From the human T2T-CHM13v2.0 reference genome, Homo sapiens: DNA of 64,000 bases. Location of the stretch: assembly GCF_009914755.1 (NCBI RefSeq), contig NC_060939.1. One strand, given 5' to 3'. The notes under the pieces are model-generated. The model saw only the letters and a list, made by a program, of their open reading frames with translations, was not told where the DNA came from and searched no databases. Position numbers and translations under genes: made by a program. Numbering within the stretch: position 1 is the stretch's first letter; each line of letters starts with the position of its first letter. Positions 1-13,784 of the stretch are shown in pieces.

Positions 1-2885
1 GTTTGCACTTGATGTATATGATATACATTACATTTTTTGGGGAGTCTGGTACATTTAGCAGAATAATTTGAGATGAAACTGTTATCAAGTAAACGGCGTT
101 TTTAAAAAATGAAAACAAGCAATCAGTTTCTGCTCCAAAAGAGGGAGAACCTATAAGATACCTGAGTAAAATGGTATAAAATAAAAAGTTTGGTGCATTG
201 TCAATGTGGGTATAAAGCAAAGACTCCAATTAATTTTTGTCTACATGATTTTATTTCAAGGTTGAAAAAATAAGTTTGACTTGTGTATGTAAAATATAAT
301 CATTGAAGAAATACAAATCACCTCCTTTGTCCATGTGGTCAAGTTAGAGCGTAAAGACAACCTAAATTTTTGTTCCTTTTTTTTCCCTAAATATTAAGCT
401 ATATAATGATACATCTCCCACTTCACTGTTTAAAATAACTTAATACGATTGATTTCCTACTACTTCAGGAAAACACAAACATTTAAAAAATTCACAAATA
501 AAAATCATTTTAGTAAAAAAAAAACACACAAAAACAAATCCTACAACCCCTACAACAACCTATATACATTTAAAAATTCTATAGACCTCTTTATGTTCTT
601 GGGGACAAATAAACAGGCATATTTATTACTAATACTAAAAATACATTGGGTAGTATTTGAAGATTTTATATTAGCACTAGCCTTTTAAAAATCAGCTCTA
701 AATTTTTGTCTTACAAGTATGTATTAAAAATTCTGAAATCAAGTATAATGAAATTATATATCAATATTCCTTTGCATTTAACTCCAGAGTGGATCTGCAG
801 GAATCAAGACCAACCTCATGCAGAGAACTTAAGAAATATTTAAAAATTAGTAGACTGGACTTTAATTCTTCATGTGTAGTGCCTAATTTTTAAATAATAC
901 ATTTTAAGATTCTAATAAATTTATTTCACTGTTAAATCTAGGAACATCCAAAACTGAAACTCTTTATTTAAAAATCAAGCTGAATTTCAGTTAAACAAAA
1001 CCATCCCATCATATGAATAACTTTCTTAGGTAAAACAAGGTTTATTTTCTTTCTATACAACTGACTCTGAATTGAGCTAGAAATTTCCAAGGAGGAAAAT
1101 GATCTAGGAAACAACTTTAGAAAAAAAGGGCTAAGTTTCCGTTATGATAGCTTTTGACTTGTTTTCAGCTCTTAAAAAATTATTTACGAACGATGGATAC
1201 ACGTTCTAATGCAGAAGTATTTTAGAATTAGAGAGTAAAAGAAACCTACTACCTTCCTTTACATCAGGTCCCTTACCATCCTACCCGATTGTTTGAGACA
1301 ACCACTTCTTATCTCGACAATTCACAACTCTTTTATTAGCTATCTTAAAAAAATTTATTACTGGCATCAATTAGCCTGAGTCATGAAACCGGACCACATT
1401 AAGGGCGACACATGGTCCAATCACTGTTTGTAAAAGTCCACGTATTTCAAACTCCTCTCTCCTGCCACTGCTGGGCTGTTTCCCTCTTTGAGGACCTGGT
1501 CTCCGCAGCATTTATTCATTAGATGGCAGTCCTAGGGGAGTCTCGCTTTGGGGAAACCTCTCCTCCTGCACATTCAAGAAAACAACCGCGGAGACTTAGG
1601 GTCGGTACTGGTTTCCAGTCACTTACGTAGCAAACGAAGCAAGAGGAACGTGCCTGGGAGGACCCGAGACAGGTGCGGGTGGGTTTCCGCAGTAGCCGCT
1701 GATCCCGAGTGCATGCGGCGTGTTCCCGGGTCGGGACCGCAGCCAAGGGAGGCTTCCCGGCCCCAGCCTCCACCCCCTCCTCGGCGCCCCGGGACCCGGA
1801 CACGCCCCCCGAGCTTCGGAGACCCGCAGCGTGCACGCGCCCCGGCCGCTCCCCGCAGCCGCCCACGTGGTGGAGCCCTGAGCTGCGCGAGGCCGCGGAG
1901 AGCGCTCAGGGCGGGCGGCTGGTCCGGGAGGCCACGCCAGCGCGACCCAGCCGAGTCGGCCCCCAGCCCGGGCCCCCACATTTCCTCCCCCGGAGGGAGG
2001 GAGGCGACTCTCCGCGGGCTGCCCTCCCCAGCGCCCGCCGCGCCCTCTGGCGGCCGCCGCGGGGACGCGCCCGGGGCACGCGGCGCTGCCTGTCTGGGCC
2101 CCCCTTCCGGGGCGCGGGGCCCGCGAGGGGCGGCGGGGTCCTCTCTCCTCGAGCCACTCTGGGCCGAGCCACACGGGCCGCGCCCTTCCCCCTCCGCTCC
2201 CCCTGAGCCCCCAAACTCCGGGCTCCACGGTCGCAACGCCGCGGGCACCCCAGCCTGGCGTGAAAGTGCCCGGCGTAGTAGCCTGGGGGGGGGGGTCCCC
2301 TTTCTCCCAGGTGCGCCCCTTCCGCCACGTTCGGGCTTTCCAGTACGCAGCGAAAAAAATGCCGCATGCACGCATTTATTTATTTTGCAACAGCTGCAAG
2401 AAACAATGAAGCTTTTCAAGAACCGGGGAAACGCGCTTTCCAGCCGCGCTGTTGTTGTTTTCAATGAACCTCTCCCAGCCCCGCACTCCCCGCCCACCCC
2501 TCCCCTCTCCTGCCCACCCCTCCCCTGCCTAGCCTTTCCCTGGCTACCCACCCCTGCCCCGCCGAGACCGGACCGGCGGCGGGGGCATTGTTTTTGGAGT
2601 CGGGCGGGAGGGGAGGGCGCGTGCGGGGTGGCCGGCGCAGTGCGGTGGGGGCGGGAGCGGGTGGGCACGCGCGCGTGTCTCTGTGTGCGCGCGGGAGGCG
2701 GTGGGGCGGGAGATGGGGGCGGCGCCTCGCAGTCTCGCGCCCCACGCCCGGGCTCCGCTCCGCACGTCTTGGGGAACCCGGGCTCCGGTTTTTTGCGCGC
2801 GCCGGCCTGGGCCGGGCCCTCGGCGCGCCGCTGCTGCGGCGGTGGCCGCTCGAGTGTGCGAGCGGGCGCGTGTGCGCGGGCCAGG

Positions 2886-2904
2886 GCGCGCGCGCGCGCG
2901 CGCG
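2886..2904. repeat. G(CG)9 alternating tract
   Basis: Read directly; ends 7 bp before the putative TSS. Confidence 0.95.
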
Positions 2905-3404
2905 AGCCCCCAGTGTGTGGCAGCGGCGGCGGCGGCGCGGCGAGGCTGGGGCTCTTGTTTACCAGCATTAACTCCGCTGAGCGGAAAAAAAAAGGGAAAA
3001 AACCCGAGGAGGAGCGAGCGCACCAGGCGAACTCGAGAGAGGCGGGAGAGCGAGAGGGACGCCGCCAGCGAGCCTGCCCACGGCCGGCGCTCGCAGACCC
3101 TCGGCCCCGCTCCCCGGATCCCCCCGCGCCCTCCACGCCCCTCCCGCGCGGGGGCAGCTCCACGGCGCGCCTCGCCTCGGCTGTGACCTTCAGCGAGCCG
3201 GAGCCCCCGCGCAGAGCAGGCGGCGGCGGGCGGGGGCCGGGCGGGGGCCGGCGCGGGGCGGGCGGCGGCGCAGAGCCGGGCGGCGCGGCGGGAGTGCTGA
3301 GCGCGGCGCGGCCGGCCCGCCGCTTTGTGTGTGTCCTGGATTTGGGAAGGAGCTCGCCGCGGCGGCGGCGGCGCTGAGGGAGGAGGCGGCGGCGAGCGGA
3401 GCCA

Positions 3405-3422
3405 GGAGGAGGAGGAGGAGGA
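3405..3422 (+). repeat. (GGA)6 trinucleotide repeat in 5'UTR
   Basis: Read directly; short GGC runs also at ~2922-2936 and ~3359-3373. Confidence 0.9.
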
Positions 3423-3658
3423 GGGGGAGCCGCTCATTCATTTTGACTCCGCGTTTCTGCCCCTCGCCGGCCTCGCCTGTGACCCGGACTTCGGGGCGAT
3501 CTTGCGAACTGCGTCGCGCCCTCCCGCGGCGGAAGCTCGGGCGTCCGGCCGCCTCCCGCGCGGCCAGGGCCGGGCTTGTTTTTCCTCGCCTAGGCAGATT
3601 TGGGCTTTGCCCCCTTTCTTTGCAGTTTTCCCCCCTTCCTGCCTCTCCGGGTTTGAAA

Positions 3659-3745
3659 ATGGAGGCCGACGACGCCGACAGTCCGCCCCGGCGCGCCTCG
3701 GGTTCCCGACTCCGCCGAGCCCTGGGCCGCTGCTGCCGGCGCTGA
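3659..3745 (+). CDS. upstream ORF in IGF1R 5'UTR, 28 aa (MEADDADSPPRRASGSRLRRALGRCCRR)
   Basis: Only ATG I find in 2912-3949; context GAAAATGG (A at -3, G at +4); TGA at 3743-3745. Translation is not proven by sequence. Confidence 0.7.
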   Translation: MEADDADSPPRRASGSRLRRALGRCCRR

Positions 3746-3859
3746 GGGGCCGCCCCGCGCCGCCCGCCCCGTCCGCGCACCCGGAGGGCCCCGGCGGCGC
3801 CGCCTTCGGAGTATTGTTTCCTTCGCCCTTGTTTTTGGAGGGGGAGCGAAGACTGAGTT

Positions 3860-4984
<1,125 letters not shown>

Positions 4985-6979
4985 TAGTCGCCGCCTCACG
5001 GGGACACCTAGACGCCCGTCCCTGGCGAGAGGTGTCGTACGCTGTGGTTTCAGCGCCAGGGTCTGCGGCGGCGCGGGGAGGGTGTTGTGTTTTGCGAGCG
5101 CGGAGCCCTGGCCTTGGTTTTGTTGTGGTCGGCGTCGTGTCGCCCTCTCTTCTGCCGCCCCGCACTTCCTTTGTACGTAGTTAATAAGCAGTGTCGCTCC
5201 ACATTCGCTGTCTTTTGCAATCTGATAGCTTTTGTTTTGGTGGTGTCGGGTGGGGGTTAGTAGGGAAGCGCGGGGATGCGGGGAGCGAGAACTCCCCCCG
5301 GTGTCTACGGCCGGAGGAGGTGGGGGTTTTATTCTTCTGAAAAAGTTGAAAGTGTGGCTTACTGGTACATTCAAGATGGTAGGGTAATTTGAACACGATT
5401 AAAAGTTTAAATGTCGCAGAACTGGGACTGGGAACGGTGAGGGCGTGTTGGTGAGTAATGGTTGCCGAGGGTATGCAGGTGGTGCCGATTAACTTTGAAA
5501 AAATCACGACTGAGCCTTCACGAGTGAGGCGGGGAAGGAGGAGGCAGCGGAGGTTGTATGGCCCCATCACCGGGGCAATTCAGAAAGGCTGTTTCTATAA
5601 ACAAATCCTTAAACGTCTGGTAAGAAATGAGTCCGCGACGGAACGAGAGCAGATCGTGGTTCGCGTGTTTACTGCCGAGTGGGACGCGGACTGGGGCCGG
5701 ACCTTCCACAGATCTGGGCTCTCCTGCTCTTTGTTTTCTAAACTTTCAGCGGACTCGATTGGGCGAAAGCCTTCCGGCTCCCTTTACTAAGTCGTTTAGG
5801 TGGTGGCTGGGGGGACAAAGGAGGGTTTTTATCTTTAAAAGATAAGTACGGTTTAGAAGACACGGGAGAAATAATCCATTTTGTTATGTTATGCAGTTGA
5901 ACTGTATAGCTTCTCTAGTTTTGTGTTTTTAATGTTCTGAAATTCAAAACAGCAGGGATGGCCTTCGCCGACGCAGGAGTCGGGCATTTTAAAATAGGCT
6001 GTTTTTCTTTTGGAGCGTTCTTCTTGAAGGATATTGTTTGTGCAAGACGGCGATTTTTGAGAACACAGGCAGGAGGGAGGGGGTGTTTTAATGTATGTTT
6101 TTACTCCATGATACCAAAGCTTCCCCCCAGGATCCCTTTACAGTGGTTAGTTCCTGGAAACCTGATGGGTGGTCAGAAGGCACCCCAAATCTCGATTATG
6201 GTTTGCTGAAGTCTTGACTGACTCAGTACCTGCCCCTCCCTCCATCTCTGAAATGTGGAGAATTAAAAGCTATGCCTGTGAACGGGCGTTCAGTTTTTAG
6301 CCGGGAAGGTGCTAGACCACTTAACTCTGATAGAAATAAGCTGCTGAGCCCTATCAGGGAGGGCGTTCTTTCAGCTGTTGTCTGGTGGAGAAATAAAGAC
6401 AGGGTGTTGGTTCAGTTGCAGGTATTTTGCTGGCGTATTGAGAGATTAGAGTTTCCTCTTTGAGTGTGATGGCAGTAGAAAGAGTGTTGTTTATCTTAGA
6501 AAACTTAGTTTCTGAAGCAGAGGCAGTCATATGGATGTGTTTGTTTTGTATCACCATAATGTGAACAGAGCATCTAAATGAAGGCGGTTCGGAGGTTCTG
6601 AGTGATAGCCAGATAATCTGAGGGCTATTTTGTTTTTAAAAAGTCAGCATGCACTTTAAATTTATTGTACCCATCTCCTTAAAAGGATTCAGTCATCTTT
6701 CTACCCCAGGCATCCTGTTGTCACAGAAATGTAGGTATGTGAAATGTTGGTGTTTAAAGAAGTTAGTGTTTTATTACCAGAAGGAGAACCCAGAAAAAGA
6801 ACTTCTGAAAGAACCTAAACAGCAAATTATAGTTTAGATCCTCTGGAGAGACATAGCAAGCAAATGGTGTTTTGTGGAAGGGTGGGGTTTGTGTCAGGAT
6901 TTGAAATGTAAAAGGTCATAATGTTTGATTTGTCGAAAAAGATTAGAAAAGTTCAACTCTAAGAAATATGCTAAGGTTG

Positions 6980-7300
6980 AATAGATGAAGCTTAAAAATA
7001 TCACAAAAAGTGAAAGAAGTCAGTCACAAAAGACCACATATCGTATGATCCGGTTTATGTGAAATGTCTAGAATAAACAAATCCATAGAGGCAGAAGGTA
7101 GATGAGTGGTTGCCAGGGGCTGGGGGCGGATGGAATGGGGAGTGACTGCTGGTGGGCACAGGGTTTCTTTTTGGGGTGATGAAAATTGTTCTAAAATTAG
7201 TTTGTGGCGATGGCTGCATAGCTCTAAATATACTTAAAACCATTGGATTATATACTTTAAATCGGGGACTTTAATGGTATGTGAATTATATCTCAATAAA
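6980..7300 (+). mobile_element. Old L1 (L1M-type) 3' end fragment
   Basis: Typical L1M 3' motifs (AAAGAAGTCAGTCACAAAAGACCACATA...GTGGTTGCCAGGGGCTGG...ATCTCAATAAA). Confidence 0.8.
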
Positions 7301-10087
7301 CCCTTTTTTTTTTTTTTAAAGAAATGTGATCAGGTTGAAAATAACTTGTTATGCTACCTTAAATTACGTTAAAATTATTACATACATTTGACAGGCTGAT
7401 GTCTCTCTCTCTTTTCATTTATGAGTTTTTCAGATCCGTGAGTTGCAGCAATACAACAAACTGATAATTGAAGCTTAGCAACAGGGATTCAATCCCGCAG
7501 TAGAAATGGGCAAGCAGGAGAAAAAGAATCTTGGTTCTATGTAGCTTCAGTTAGGGATTGAGGAGCTGGATTTAAAAAACACAAATGCTGGTGGAGGGCA
7601 GATTTTTGACAATAGAAACCTCAGCTGAATCTGAAATGATGGTTTTTTTCAGGATAGAGTTTAGGAGCTGAGTCTGAAGGGCTGTTTGTATTTCCAGTTT
7701 TATTATGTTTTCCAACAAAGAAAGACATTGCTGTTTTAAGATGTTTTAAACACTCATTTTTTGATATGCCACATTGACCACAAGTGGTAGTAAGGACTGA
7801 GGATGAACAGAACAGTTCATTTTAATGCAGTATTGTTGTTTCTTTTCTTTGCAGTTTTATTTTATTTCTTACATAGTTCCAGGGTCTGAGCAGGAGAAAG
7901 AATCTTTAGGATGCAGTAGTTTTAGGATACACTGTTTCAAGTATACAGTGATTTTTATAAAATTAAAATTCCTTACAGAACGAAAGGTTTTAAAATGTGG
8001 CAAAGGCATTTTTGTTTTGAAACTGTGTGCATTTATCCAGATTTACCCTGGCCTTTCAATAGGAAAAGACCTAGAGAATAATTGTTGTTTACATTTGCTT
8101 TTGGTCTTTGTCTAAGGCTTAGTTTACTAATAAAAATGTTTCCTGCCCTTCCTATTGTTGCAAGATCAGGGCAGTAATGAAAATCAACTGTATCATTTTC
8201 ACTTGTTGCCTTAGAGTTTTTGCCAAGAGGAACCCTCAAGGGACGGTGGTTTCCTTTTAAATCTGGTTTCATTTGTTTTGTAAGAATGTGCTGTAAGAAG
8301 CAACTGAATCCAGCCTGCACTTATTGTGCACCTACTGTATGAAAGCTGACCTTGTGCTACTCAGTGCATGAACCTGCAGAGTCTTGCATGAAACCACCTT
8401 TCTTGAAATTCAGATTTTTTTTCAGACTCAGTATAGGGTGCAGTTTTCAAGTAGACAGTAGTTAGCATTTTAAAGGTTCTTTTAAAAATATTTCTGTAGA
8501 CTTAGGACTCTAGTGTTGTTCATCAGAAGCCTTTACCCTATACCTTTTTTGCCTCATTGGTGCTTTCCGTTATATTGGGATGTCACTGTAGACTGTGACA
8601 TACAGGTGATGTTAACCCATCTTGACTGGCGGCACTGTCTTCTTTATAACATTGGATATGGCAATTGTGATTTACAAACTGCAGTGTTGTAGTTGCCTTT
8701 TTCCAAAAATTAGGAGTCACAGGTGTGTACATGAACGTTGCATAGCATGTTTTGAGTTGTAAGAAAGATGGAACTTATTTCAGAAGTTTTCTGGATTACA
8801 TATTGCTTAGTTAGCTTTCTAGAAATCAGGAAGCATTCATAATTTCAGGGCATTTTATAATTTGTAAATAACTTGGTGTTTTTAAAAGCGTGAGGGAGTA
8901 AGAGTGAGGAGACAAATCCTGAAAGTTTTTGTTTTTTAATTGTAAAGCATACAAGATACATTTCTTTATAGGTTGTGATTTTCCCCAATTTGTTTTCAAA
9001 ACTCATTTAAAAATCAGACCTAGTTCATGGAAGAGGTATTTGCGCCTGTGGGCGAACTTGATTTGAACTGCTTTTCTTAGCCAGCTTAGGACAGGTGCTG
9101 AGTCCAGGGGATGAGCTCTTCTCAATTGTACTAAATATATAATAGTTGCACACATGTTACGGATATAGTTTCTTGATTTCCAGTCTGAGATGTTCTGAAG
9201 GAAAATTCTGAACACTTTAGAGACAACAAAGTGCCTAATGAGTGATGCACTCTGATCCCTCCTGGAAAATGGTGTTTGGCATCAGCTTAGCAAGAGGAGG
9301 TTTTCCAGTTATTTGTAAAGATGTGATGTGGCTTTAAGTGGGGATGGGGGAGGGTAGCAGCCCCAGTGTTTGTGGACATTGAGACCTGTTGACATTTGGG
9401 AAGCATAACTGAGTTCCACTATTTGAAAAGATTAAAACTTTGATATATGTACACATCCCCTCATGCCTGCACCCCCATCCCCGAGGGTCTGGAAAAGAAT
9501 TGATTTGTTCTGAGGAAGGAACATATATTTGGAATATAAAATGGTTAGTAAACAAAGGATCTTTAAAACAAGTTAGATTGTTATCTCAAGAGAAGCATAC
9601 TTCCTCGGCATGATGTTTTCTTTTGTTAAATTGCTTTGGTTTTATTTGACTCAAAGTATTAACAATACCTTTGATTTTGAGACTTTTGGACTTTTGAAGA
9701 CTAAGTTTTTAAATGGTCAATTTTACTCGTTTGAAAGTCCCAGATACCATTTTTGAAGATTTCTCTCCCTTTTTTTCCACTGATGCCGGCTTTACTTATG
9801 TTTTATTTTCAAATCTTAAGGAAAAACTGATATTTCCTTACTTGAACTGAGAAATAGTCGTTTTCCCTCCCTCTTTTCTTCCACAGTAAATACATGTTGA
9901 GTACTTACTGGATGCAGTTCTTTAGGTTTAGAAATTATTTGATACTGTAAAATGTCTTACCATAAGTTTTTAAAGATACCCGTCAAACTATAGATGTTAC
10001 TGCCATGTTTATTAAAAAAAAAAATAAAACGAAACAAACTAGTAAGCAAGCTTAAAATTTTTCTTTTTCCTGCCCTGGACTACAGAT

Positions 10088-10362
10088 TTTTTTTTCTTTT
10101 TTTTTTTTTGAGACAGGGTCTCTGGTCACCTAGGCTGGAATGCAGTGGTGTGATCACGGCTTGATTCTGCCTTGACCTCCCAGGCTCCAGTGATCCTCCC
10201 AAGTAGGTGGGACTACAGGCACACACCACCATGCCTGGCTAATTTTTTGTATTTTTAGTACAGACGAGGTTTTGCTATGTTGCTCAGGTTGGACTCAAGC
10301 GATCCACTCACCTCGGCCTCCCGGAGGGCTGGGATCACAGGTGCGAGCCACCGCCCCCAGCC
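10088..10362 (-). mobile_element. Alu (AluJ-like, internal deletions)
   Basis: Poly-T then reverse-complement Alu sequence. Confidence 0.9.
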
Positions 10363-10637
10363 TACAAGAATTTGTAAACTCATAGATTGCTCTTCTGTTT
10401 TCACTGGACCACAACAGAAAGTAGTTTCTTTTATGGTGAGGGATGAACACCTACGATTGCAATATAAGTTGTTGGGCCTTGTGTCCATGGAGCTCACTTG
10501 GTGGTTGGTGGTCTTGAAGCATTCACATTCTTTGGAGTAGTGGGGCGGCTGGCTAGTCACATGGGGAAGATGTGCACACCTGTGGATGGGGCCATCACAC
10601 ACTGCAGGGATAGCTGGGCCTACCTTACTGCTCACCT

Positions 10638-10947
<310 letters not shown>

Positions 10948-13194
10948 TGCTCACCTGGTAATAGTCTGGAAAACATTTTTTTTTTGTTTTTTTGCATATT
11001 TTAAAGACTTTAGAAAGTAGTCTTGCTAATCCAGAAAGTTCTTGCGGGGAGGAGTTTGAAACTTTGTTTTATCTCACTCCTCAGTCTTAGCCCCCTTAAT
11101 ACCATAGGTCTCTACTTCAGTAAGAGTTACATAATACGAATGCCGTTTGTTCAGAATTGTGTATCTCCATCCATCCGTCCATCGTCCAAATTCTGCGAGT
11201 TTGAAATACATTGTTGTTGCTGTTTTGTATACTTTTGTTCAACCATTTTCTTTTTAACATGGCACTAGCTTTCTCAAACTGGCTTTGGAATTATTTGTCA
11301 GTTTAAAAATAAATACCACTTTAAAAATTACTCTTGACATGGGAGAACAAATATATTTTGATAGTTGTTAGAGCATAAATATTTTATAGAGCATAACTTG
11401 AAATTTTTCCTGATACATTGTGATTGCTTTCAGCTTGTCCTCTGCTGTAAAAAATATAGTCGTGGTTAGTCTCTGTAAAGTTGGTTATTGGGAATATGTG
11501 CTTGATTACGTAAATGAGACATCACCAATTTAAGTCAGCCAAAGTTTAGTCAATAGAACTTTAAAGAACAGAAGTCTAATGGTAATTAGGGAGAGATGAA
11601 TTTATTTGTAGGAGTTTTCCCCAAATTCAAAGCGTCTTAGTGACCTTTGATAACTTCCTGGAAAAAGTAGGAAGCATGGAGAGAAATTCCAGGTAGGAGC
11701 CCATGATCCAATTGACTGCATCAGCTTACAAAGTGTTTTCTAAGTCATTAGCTATTAATTCTGTCTAGATTGTAAAATCCCTCTCAGTTGTGTCCACATT
11801 TATCTGTGTTGTCCTGTATTTATTCTCTTTACCTAATTTCCCTGAGTCTCATTTTAGTGGGATAATACACAAGCTTACAGACTCAGGACTTTAAAGAGAA
11901 GCACAGATTGCCACGAAAACAAATGAACACAGAGACCAGTAGCAGCAGAGGGAGATCTGCTGTGAGGCTTCCCTTAGTTCTGTTGTCTGATTTCTGTGGA
12001 TAATGAGTTCACTGCATATGTTAGGTCACAACATGATATCGTGTAGTCGTAGGTACAGAACTTTTGTTATGGTAGCCTTTCTTCGTCAGGTGATACAATT
12101 GGGATTTTCTTTCTCACATGCACCTCAGTAAAATTTTCAGCAACAGAGATTGGCTCAGGATGGAATTTGTTCAGTTTCAGTTCTGCAGCCTGTCCTTTTC
12201 TGGGGAGACTCATTAATTGAATGTTGCCTTTCGATCTCACTGAGTCACTTGAAATCGCTCAGATTGACCCCTATTCCGGGATCCAGCCTGGTCCAGTGCA
12301 GACCTGCATTGACTCTGACTACATGCTGAGTTGGCCTCTGAACCAGTTCCTGTACCATTCCCTTAGTCTGATGGACTTGCCAGCTCCAAATACTCAGAAC
12401 GTGCCTCTTGTGGTCCTAGGATCAAGTCCAGGGTCCTTAGAATCAAGTAATGAAACAGGTCCTTAGTAATCCTGTGCTGTAGGGATCCACTGTTAGTTCC
12501 TGGTACTCCCCAGCATCTGTGCATTAGCTTGATGGAAAGGAAGCTGTGTTATGCCTGTCTTCAAGTTTTTGCTTCTGCTGTTTCCATAGCTGAGAATGTT
12601 TTTCCTCTTCACTACTCTGCTACTTCTCCTTCCATCCTCAATACTGAATAGCAGAAAGTGCCGCTTAAGAACACAGGAAGGTCACCATAGCTTTAGTTTC
12701 TCCTTAGCTGCCAATTAGTTCTTTGGTCCTAAAGTTATTAACTTTTCTGAGTCTTGATAGAAATGCGGAGACTTAAAAATATTTGGGGGAGACATTTCTC
12801 CTTTTCTCACTAAACAACAGAATGAAAACCTTTTCTAACAGGTTTAGAAAACCAAAGTCAGAAAAATTGTGAGGAAATAGAATAGGTTTTTTAAATTGAA
12901 ATAATTTCCAAGTTCCAGGTGGATCTGTAAAATAGGGACAAGATCATAACTTTCAAAAGGCAGCACGCTAAGTCAGGTGATTCCTTTCCCCCATATGCCT
13001 TTTCTGTGGTTTGAATAGGTCAGAGATGCCATCTTTACATTTCCAAGTCAAATTCCTCTTCCTTCTTGAAGGTTTTTGGGATTTCCCTAACTTGTATAGA
13101 TCTACTTTCCCATTACTCCTTTTGAGTTCATAACCCACGGTTTTGCTGGTTGACAGTGATTTGTCTTGTTCCTTGCTTGTAATTTTATTAGGAC

Positions 13195-13400
13195 CATGGA
13201 GCCAAAGTGGCTGGTTTGAATCTCAGCTCTTCAGTAGCTAAGCTCTCAGGCAAATAATTTAATCTTCTTGTGCCTCAGTTTCCTCATCTGTGAAATTATA
13301 ATTTTAATAGAATCTACTTTAAACATTCATAGAAATCAAATTCGTACACATGTCAAGTGCCTAGAATAGAACCTGGCACCTGGTATTAAGCCCTTGGACT
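13195..13400 (+). mobile_element. MIR
   Basis: MIR core TGTGCCTCAGTTTCCTCATCTGTGAAAT. Confidence 0.8.
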
Positions 13401-13766
13401 TCAACTGCTACTGTTCTTAGGGTTGTGACATCCTCGAACAGAGATGTTCTTTGGATAGAAATATAAGGCTTACTTGATGTTTGATTGTCCTTGCCATTTA
13501 AATATGTTATAGAACCTGGCACATAGGTGCTCAATAAATGTATAATAAAACTTTATTTTGCTAAGGTGTTTATTAACAAGATGGCATGTTGCTTATTAAA
13601 CAGTTGTGATTTTTTTTTTCAGTAAACGATGGTCATCCCCCTGCAGTTTGCCTTCCATTTCAGAGATCTGTTTATTACACTTTCTCCCTTAATATTGTCA
13701 TTTGTCAATTTCTGCTCACACCTGAGAGGTGTCCAGTGTGCACTTTGCCCATCTCGCCTATGCATA

Positions 13767-13784
13767 GGCTCCATCTAGTGGCCA
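13767..13784 (-). promoter_or_regulatory. Candidate CTCF site
   Basis: Reverse complement TGGCCACTAGATGGAGCC closely matches the CTCF core motif. Confidence 0.55.
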
